Below are positions 55,532 through 59,332 of a stretch of 59,332 nucleotides of DNA, piece by piece. A program made the position numbers and the translations under genes. The DNA lies in assembly GCA_012837885.1 (NCBI GenBank), contig DUQI01000051.1, positions 1 through 59,332 of the forward strand. The letters run 5' to 3'. The notes under the pieces are model-generated. The model saw only the letters and a program-made list of their open reading frames with translations, had not been told where the DNA came from and did not search any database. How positions within the stretch are numbered: position 1 is the stretch's first letter; the number at the start of each line of letters is the position of its first letter. This stretch comes from Fastidiosipila sp. Lineage in GTDB: Bacteria; Bacillota; Clostridia; Saccharofermentanales; DTU023.

Positions 55532-56719
55532 TGCGTTGACTTCCTTGACCAATTGATCGGCCAGATTGTCTATCTGTTCCAATTCTTCATCGACCGGCAG
55601 CCCCTTGATCAGGACGCTGTCGAGCCACTCGGCTTTGATTCCGGACAGAAGTGCCTTCATCGTTTTTTCGATCTGCGTTGCCCAGCCGTAAGACCCCATC
55701 AGAGCGAGTCGTTTCGTCTTCGGTTTGAGAGCGTTCATCAAGATCGCGGCAAACGCCATATTCGGATGCGGACCGCCTAGAACGGTCGGTGTCGCAAGGA
55801 CAACGGCCGCCGCATTGACGGCTTTATTCATCGCTTCCCCTACCGACGTTCTGAGATCGGTATCTTCGTCACCGATGTCGTGTGCCGTCACTTTGATGTC
55901 CTGAGCGGCGAGGCGCTGCGTCAGACGTTCGACCATCGCTCTCGTACTCTCATGCATCGAGACATAGAGCACGACGATTCGATCCGACACTTCGTCGCTC
56001 GTCCAGCGCTCGTAACGACTCAGGATCACCTCTGGATCGTGCCAGACAGGTCCGTGCGCCGCGAGAATTTTCTCCGGTGCCGCTTCTCTAACCCAGGCGG
56101 TGTACTTTTTCACCTGGCCTTTAAACGGCATCATGATCTCGGCGTAATACACCTTGGCCTGTTCTATCTGCTCCTCGATCGACCACGTGTCGCCGTCGAC
56201 GACCGCATAATGCGAACCGAACAGATCGGATGAGAAAAGGTATTTCGGCTCATTCATCAGAAGCATCGTATTATCCGGCCAGTGAGCGAACGGAATGCTC
56301 TTCACAGTCAGCGTCTTCTCACCGAGCGAAATCGTCTCACCTTCGGCAATCTCCTGAAAGCGTTCCGGTGCGACGTGGAGATGCGTCTCCATCAATTCCC
56401 AGACCTTCTTGGTGCCCAGTACTTTCGCCTCGGGGTACTTTGCAAGAAGCGCCGTCACCCCGCCCGCATGATCCTGTTCCGTATGCAGGCAGAAAATGTA
56501 ATCGAGTTTTTCCACGCCGAGTTCGTCGAGCGAACCGAGCAACTCGTCGATATACTCCGGATCGACCGGATCGATCAGGCACGTCTTCTCCGTATCACGG
56601 ATCAGGAAGGAATTGTATGTCGTTCCCTTCGAGGTCGGCATCAGCCGGTCAAAAAACTTCAGATCAGCGTGATCGACGCTGACATCAAAAATTCCGGGAT
56701 GCAGTTCCCGTTTCGTCAT
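55517..56719 (-). CDS. fprA: FprA-type flavodiiron protein (metallo-beta-lactamase-like plus flavodoxin-like domains)
   Basis: Diiron ligands H-x-E-x-D-H (HTEQDHAGG); C-terminal flavodoxin-like half (VVLYVSMHESTRAM). AAGAGG RBS. Confidence 0.85.
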   Translation of the reverse strand: MTKRELHPGIFDVSVDHADLKFFDRLMPTSKGTTYNSFLIRDTEKTCLIDPVDPEYIDELLGSLDELGVEKLDYIFCLHTEQDHAGGVTALLAKYPEAKVLGTKKVWELMETHLHVAPERFQEIAEGETISLGEKTLTVKSIPFAHWPDNTMLLMNEPKYLFSSDLFGSHYAVVDGDTWSIEEQIEQAKVYYAEIMMPFKGQVKKYTAWVREAAPEKILAAHGPVWHDPEVILSRYERWTSDEVSDRIVVLYVSMHESTRAMVERLTQRLAAQDIKVTAHDIGDEDTDLRTSVGEAMNKAVNAAAVVLATPTVLGGPHPNMAFAAILMNALKPKTKRLALMGSYGWATQIEKTMKALLSGIKAEWLDSVLIKGLPVDEELEQIDNLADQLVKEVNALVGK

Positions 56720-56732
56720 ATTCTTACCTCTT

Positions 56733-56759
56733 AAAAAAACACCGGTCGCATGCGACCGG
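56733..56759 (-). terminator. intrinsic terminator-like hairpin between rubredoxin and fprA
   Basis: The minus strand reads ccggtcgc-at-gcgaccgg followed by tgT7. It ends 13 nt before the fprA ATG. Confidence 0.65.
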
Positions 56760-56773
56760 CTTATTATTGCGTC

Positions 56774-56938
56774 TTAGTCTTCCAACAGCGAAAAGTCGCT
56801 GGTCGGCGCCCCGCACAGCGGGCAGACCCAGTCCTCAGGCAGATTCTCGAACGCTGTGCCGGGTGCCACGTCGTTATCGGGATCACCGATTTCGGGATCG
56901 TAGACGTAGCCGCAAAGGTCGCAAACATATTTGCTCAT
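56774..56938 (-). CDS. rubredoxin
   Basis: [15 protein letters not shown]...DWVCPLCGA contains two CxxCG knuckles; 54 aa. Start at ATG 56938 (GAGAGG RBS) rather than ORF-track 56995. Confidence 0.92.
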   Translation of the reverse strand: MSKYVCDLCGYVYDPEIGDPDNDVAPGTAFENLPEDWVCPLCGAPTSDFSLLED

Positions 56939-57017
56939 AAAACAACCTCTCTTTATATTTTCTGCGGGCATGCCGCACCGACGATTATAAACCAAAACGG
57001 CCTTGGAATGAAACTAA

Positions 57018-58283
57018 TCAAAATACCCACTCAAATTCGCTGCCGGCGAGGACGACCGTGTCCTCTTCCGTGATGCCTCTGGCTTGCAGATCGTCGTACA
57101 GTCCATTTCGCTTTATCTCGCGTTCAAAGAAGCGAAGAGACTCGCGGTCCGTGAAATTCGTCGACTGCACGAGCTCACGAATCCAGTCACCACTGACCAC
57201 GAAATGTCCATCGACAAGCGCGATCTCATATAGCGGTTTTTCTTCAAAGCGGTACACTTTCCGCGCTTCGGACTCGTCATAGAACTCCGGTTTTGGTAAC
57301 AACGGCACAATGGCCGCGAGCGCTTGCTTCAACTCCGGTATACCGCGCTGCGTTACGGCCGATACAACGAACGTCTTACGCTCGGCGGACAGCTTTTCGA
57401 CGAGGCTTTCCAGCGTATCCGGATCGGCCACATCGGCTTTCGCCAAAACGACCCACTGATCTCTTTCAGCCAATTGCTCTTTGTAAGTGGAAAGCTCCTC
57501 ATTGATCGCCAGGTAGTCGGCATACGGCTCTCTGCCGTCGACCGCCGCCGCATCGACCACGTGGAGCAAAAGACGGGAGCGCTCGATATGGCGCAAAAAG
57601 TCAGTTCCCATGCCGGCGCCGCCGGCCGCCCCTTCGACGAGCCCCGGAATGTCGGCGAGTACCACCTGCTGATCGTCATACTGCAAGACGCCAAGCTGAG
57701 GTTCGAGCGTCGTAAAGGGATACGATGCGATCTTCGGAGTCGCTGCCGTCAACACCGACAGCAAGGTCGATTTACCGGCGTTCGGATAGCCGACGAAGGC
57801 GACATCGGCCAGAAGCTTTAGCTCTAAAGTCAGTGTCCGCTCGACACCCGATTTTCCGGCTTTCGAGAACTGAGGCGCCTGCCGCACCGAACTTTTGAAG
57901 TAGGCGTTCCCGACACCGCCGCGCCCGCCCTCGGCGACGATCACTTCATCACCGGTTTCCACCAGGTCGGCGATCAGGCGGTCGCTATTTGCATCACGAA
58001 TCATCGTGCCGGGCGGAACAAAGATCACGATATCGTCTGCCGACTTACCGATACGGTTATTTTTACCGCCGCCCTCGCCGTCGTTGGCGACAAACCGCTT
58101 TTTATAGCGAAAGTCGAGCAACGTGTTCTTCCGCTGATCGGCGCGGATGATCACGGAACCGCCGCGACCACCGTTGCCGCCGTCCGGACCGCCGTTCGGC
58201 AGATATTTTTCACGTCTGAACGAGACGGCACCGTTGCCGCCGTTGCCCGAACGAACCTCAATTTTCACGTGATCGTAAAACAT
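57018..58283 (-). CDS. obg: GTPase Obg/CgtA
   Basis: Gly-rich Obg fold (GGNGGNGAVSFRREK...GGPDGGNGGRGGSV) and G-domain motifs GYPNAGKST and DIPGLVEGA. I prefer ATG 58283 to the ORF-track TTG 58286. Confidence 0.93.
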   Translation of the reverse strand: MFYDHVKIEVRSGNGGNGAVSFRREKYLPNGGPDGGNGGRGGSVIIRADQRKNTLLDFRYKKRFVANDGEGGGKNNRIGKSADDIVIFVPPGTMIRDANSDRLIADLVETGDEVIVAEGGRGGVGNAYFKSSVRQAPQFSKAGKSGVERTLTLELKLLADVAFVGYPNAGKSTLLSVLTAATPKIASYPFTTLEPQLGVLQYDDQQVVLADIPGLVEGAAGGAGMGTDFLRHIERSRLLLHVVDAAAVDGREPYADYLAINEELSTYKEQLAERDQWVVLAKADVADPDTLESLVEKLSAERKTFVVSAVTQRGIPELKQALAAIVPLLPKPEFYDESEARKVYRFEEKPLYEIALVDGHFVVSGDWIRELVQSTNFTDRESLRFFEREIKRNGLYDDLQARGITEEDTVVLAGSEFEWVF

Positions 58284-58304
58284 CAACTATTCCTCAAAGA
58301 TCTG

Positions 58305-58336
58305 AAAAGAAAAAAGCCTGAAGCAATGCTTCAGGC
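58305..58336 (-). terminator. terminator/attenuator hairpin between rpmA and obg
   Basis: The minus strand reads gcctgaagc-att-gcttcaggc followed by a T-rich run. Confidence 0.65.
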
Positions 58337-58359
58337 CAGTTTCATCGCGTCAATCGTAC

Positions 58360-58617
58360 TTAGGCCAACGGATATACGCTGGCTTTGGTGCGCTTTCTGT
58401 TCAGCGGTTCATAACGGACCACGCCGTCGATCAAGGAGAACAAGGTGTCGTCCTTGCCGATACCGACGTTCGTGCCGGGATGGACCTTGGTGCCGCGCTG
58501 ACGATAGATAATACTTCCAGCCTGACAGAACTGACCGTCGCCGAGTTTCGCGCCAAGACGCTTCGACTCAGAGTCGCGTCCGTTTCTGGTACTACCCATA
58601 CCTTTCTTATGTGCCAT
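58360..58617 (-). CDS. rpmA: 50S ribosomal protein L27
   Basis: [24 protein letters not shown]...[19 protein letters not shown]. Confidence 0.95.
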   Translation of the reverse strand: MAHKKGMGSTRNGRDSESKRLGAKLGDGQFCQAGSIIYRQRGTKVHPGTNVGIGKDDTLFSLIDGVVRYEPLNRKRTKASVYPLA

Positions 58618-58643
58618 ATGCTAATCCTCCTTAAGGTCAGTTG

Positions 58644-58955
58644 CTACTTCGAGATCGCACCGATCTCCAGTTTCGTATAGGGTTGACGATGACCTTGCTT
58701 ACGTCTGTACCCTTTCTTCGCTTTGAACTTGAAGACGACAATCTTCTTGCCTTTGCCGTGCTTGACGATTTTGGCCTTCACTTTCGCTCCTTCGACGAGC
58801 GGTGTGCCGACCGTCAGTCCATCGTCGCCGCCGACCGCCAGAACTTCCGTCAGTTCCAGCTCATCGCCTTCTTCACCGGCGAGCTTTTCGACGAAAAGCG
58901 TGTCGCCCTCTTCCACGCGGTACTGTTTACCGCCAGTTTTGATAATTGCGTACAT
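58644..58955 (-). CDS. rplU: 50S ribosomal protein L21
   Basis: [25 protein letters not shown]...[15 protein letters not shown]. Confidence 0.93.
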   Translation of the reverse strand: MYAIIKTGGKQYRVEEGDTLFVEKLAGEEGDELELTEVLAVGGDDGLTVGTPLVEGAKVKAKIVKHGKGKKIVVFKFKAKKGYRRKQGHRQPYTKLEIGAISK

Positions 58956-59036
58956 GCGAGTTACCCTCTTTTCAAAGTCTCGCCCGGGACAGGTAGGTGA
59001 CCCATTTTATGACCTTCCCGAAGCGGCCGCCGAAGC

Positions 59037-59066
59037 AGTATGCCACGGATACTCTAGGGTTGTCAA
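59037..59066 (-). promoter_or_regulatory. candidate promoter of rplU-rpmA with ~75-nt structured leader
   Basis: Minus strand TTGACA (59061-59066), 18-nt spacer, CATACT (59037-59042). The leader contains GC-rich repeats (cttcgg-cggccg-cttcgg). Identity with the known L21 leader motif was not verified. Confidence 0.35.
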
Positions 59067-59162
59067 ATTTTCATAAAAAATTAAACATTTCACGCCTTAT
59101 GTGGAGTGAGAAAGGCTGTTCCAAGAGCACATCGTGTGAGTTAAACGCTAACTTCACAGGCA

Positions 59163-59332
59163 TTACTCGATCTTTACCATTTTGAATTCGCGGTCTTGGA
59201 TTTTAAGTAAAGGCTCCGATTGATGAGAACTAATCAGGAGCGTGTGTCCCTTGTCTCAGAGATTCATTAACAGGGCTTCTAAATCGGCGACCCCCTGATG
59301 ATCCATCCCGCTAAAAGGCTCATCCAGAATGC
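59163..59332 (-). pseudogene. 3' part of an ABC transporter ATPase gene with an in-frame TGA (5' part outside window)
   Basis: The minus strand translates ILDEPFSGMDHQGVADLEALLMNL*DKGHTLLISSHQSEPLLKIQDREFKMVKIE*. Walker B (ILDEPF) and H-loop (ISSH) are in one frame, separated by TGA at 59256-59258. Confidence 0.55.

Noticed and set aside
59256-59258. In-frame TGA as evidence for an alternative genetic code (TGA = Trp or Gly) or selenocysteine
   Set aside because: TGA ends many conserved genes at the expected positions. Examples are 1451-1453, 17846-17848, 20228-20230, 27193-27195 and 30170-30172. The affected position is a variable helix residue in ABC ATPases, not a redox Cys, and no SECIS-like context was evident.

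Overview
59.3-kb chromosomal segment from a moderately GC-rich bacterium (mid-50s % GC by eye, not computed). It is probably a strict anaerobe. Evidence: CIRCE-controlled groES-groEL, rubredoxin plus an FprA-type flavodiiron protein, ptb-buk, and a ferredoxin-dependent 2-oxoacid oxidoreductase. The gene content looks Bacillota/Clostridia-like, but L27 lacks the Bacillus-type propeptide, so I do not assign a taxon. Most of the window is housekeeping or metabolic. Left to right: mscL 3' end; an SPFH (YdjI-like) plus zinc-ribbon (YdjG-like) pair; an MMPL transporter with a heptad-repeat exoprotein; a standalone tRNA-Thr(UGU); a vWA protein; an exported amidase; malQ; a complete branched-chain amino acid to branched-chain fatty acid cluster (ptb-buk-P-loop-4-subunit oxidoreductase-ilvE); AEC and MscS transporters; pepT; a DUF438/hemerythrin gene; an AT-rich arsenic-resistance cassette; a TPP-riboswitch-controlled ThiXYZ/YkoF-like operon ending in a SAM methyltransferase; P5C dehydrogenase divergent from a 4-gene flavo-iron-sulfur dehydrogenase cluster; an ABC-F protein; a tightly coupled operon of unknown role (thioesterase, membrane protein, CYTH, BaiN-like flavoprotein); groESL; galE-cvpA; a heterodimeric ABC exporter; fprA and rubredoxin; obg-rpmA-rplU. 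I found no CRISPR array, transposase, integrase or recognisable defence system. The strongest non-routine signal is that the ars cassette sits between 80-bp direct repeats (77/80 identical) that duplicate the tail-to-tail junction of two convergent host genes, with no recombinase present. Secondary candidates are: a bacterial multi-subunit (archaeal-type) putative proline dehydrogenase cluster; an uncharacterised P-loop gene inside the BCAA fermentation operon; a methyltransferase translationally coupled to the TPP-regulated transporter; a duplicated tRNA 3' half that looks like an integration scar; several operon-first genes with no Shine-Dalgarno and a -10 box 6-8 nt upstream (possible leaderless mRNAs); and an ABC ATPase fragment with an in-frame TGA at the right edge. 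All family names come from motif recognition and memory, not from searches.
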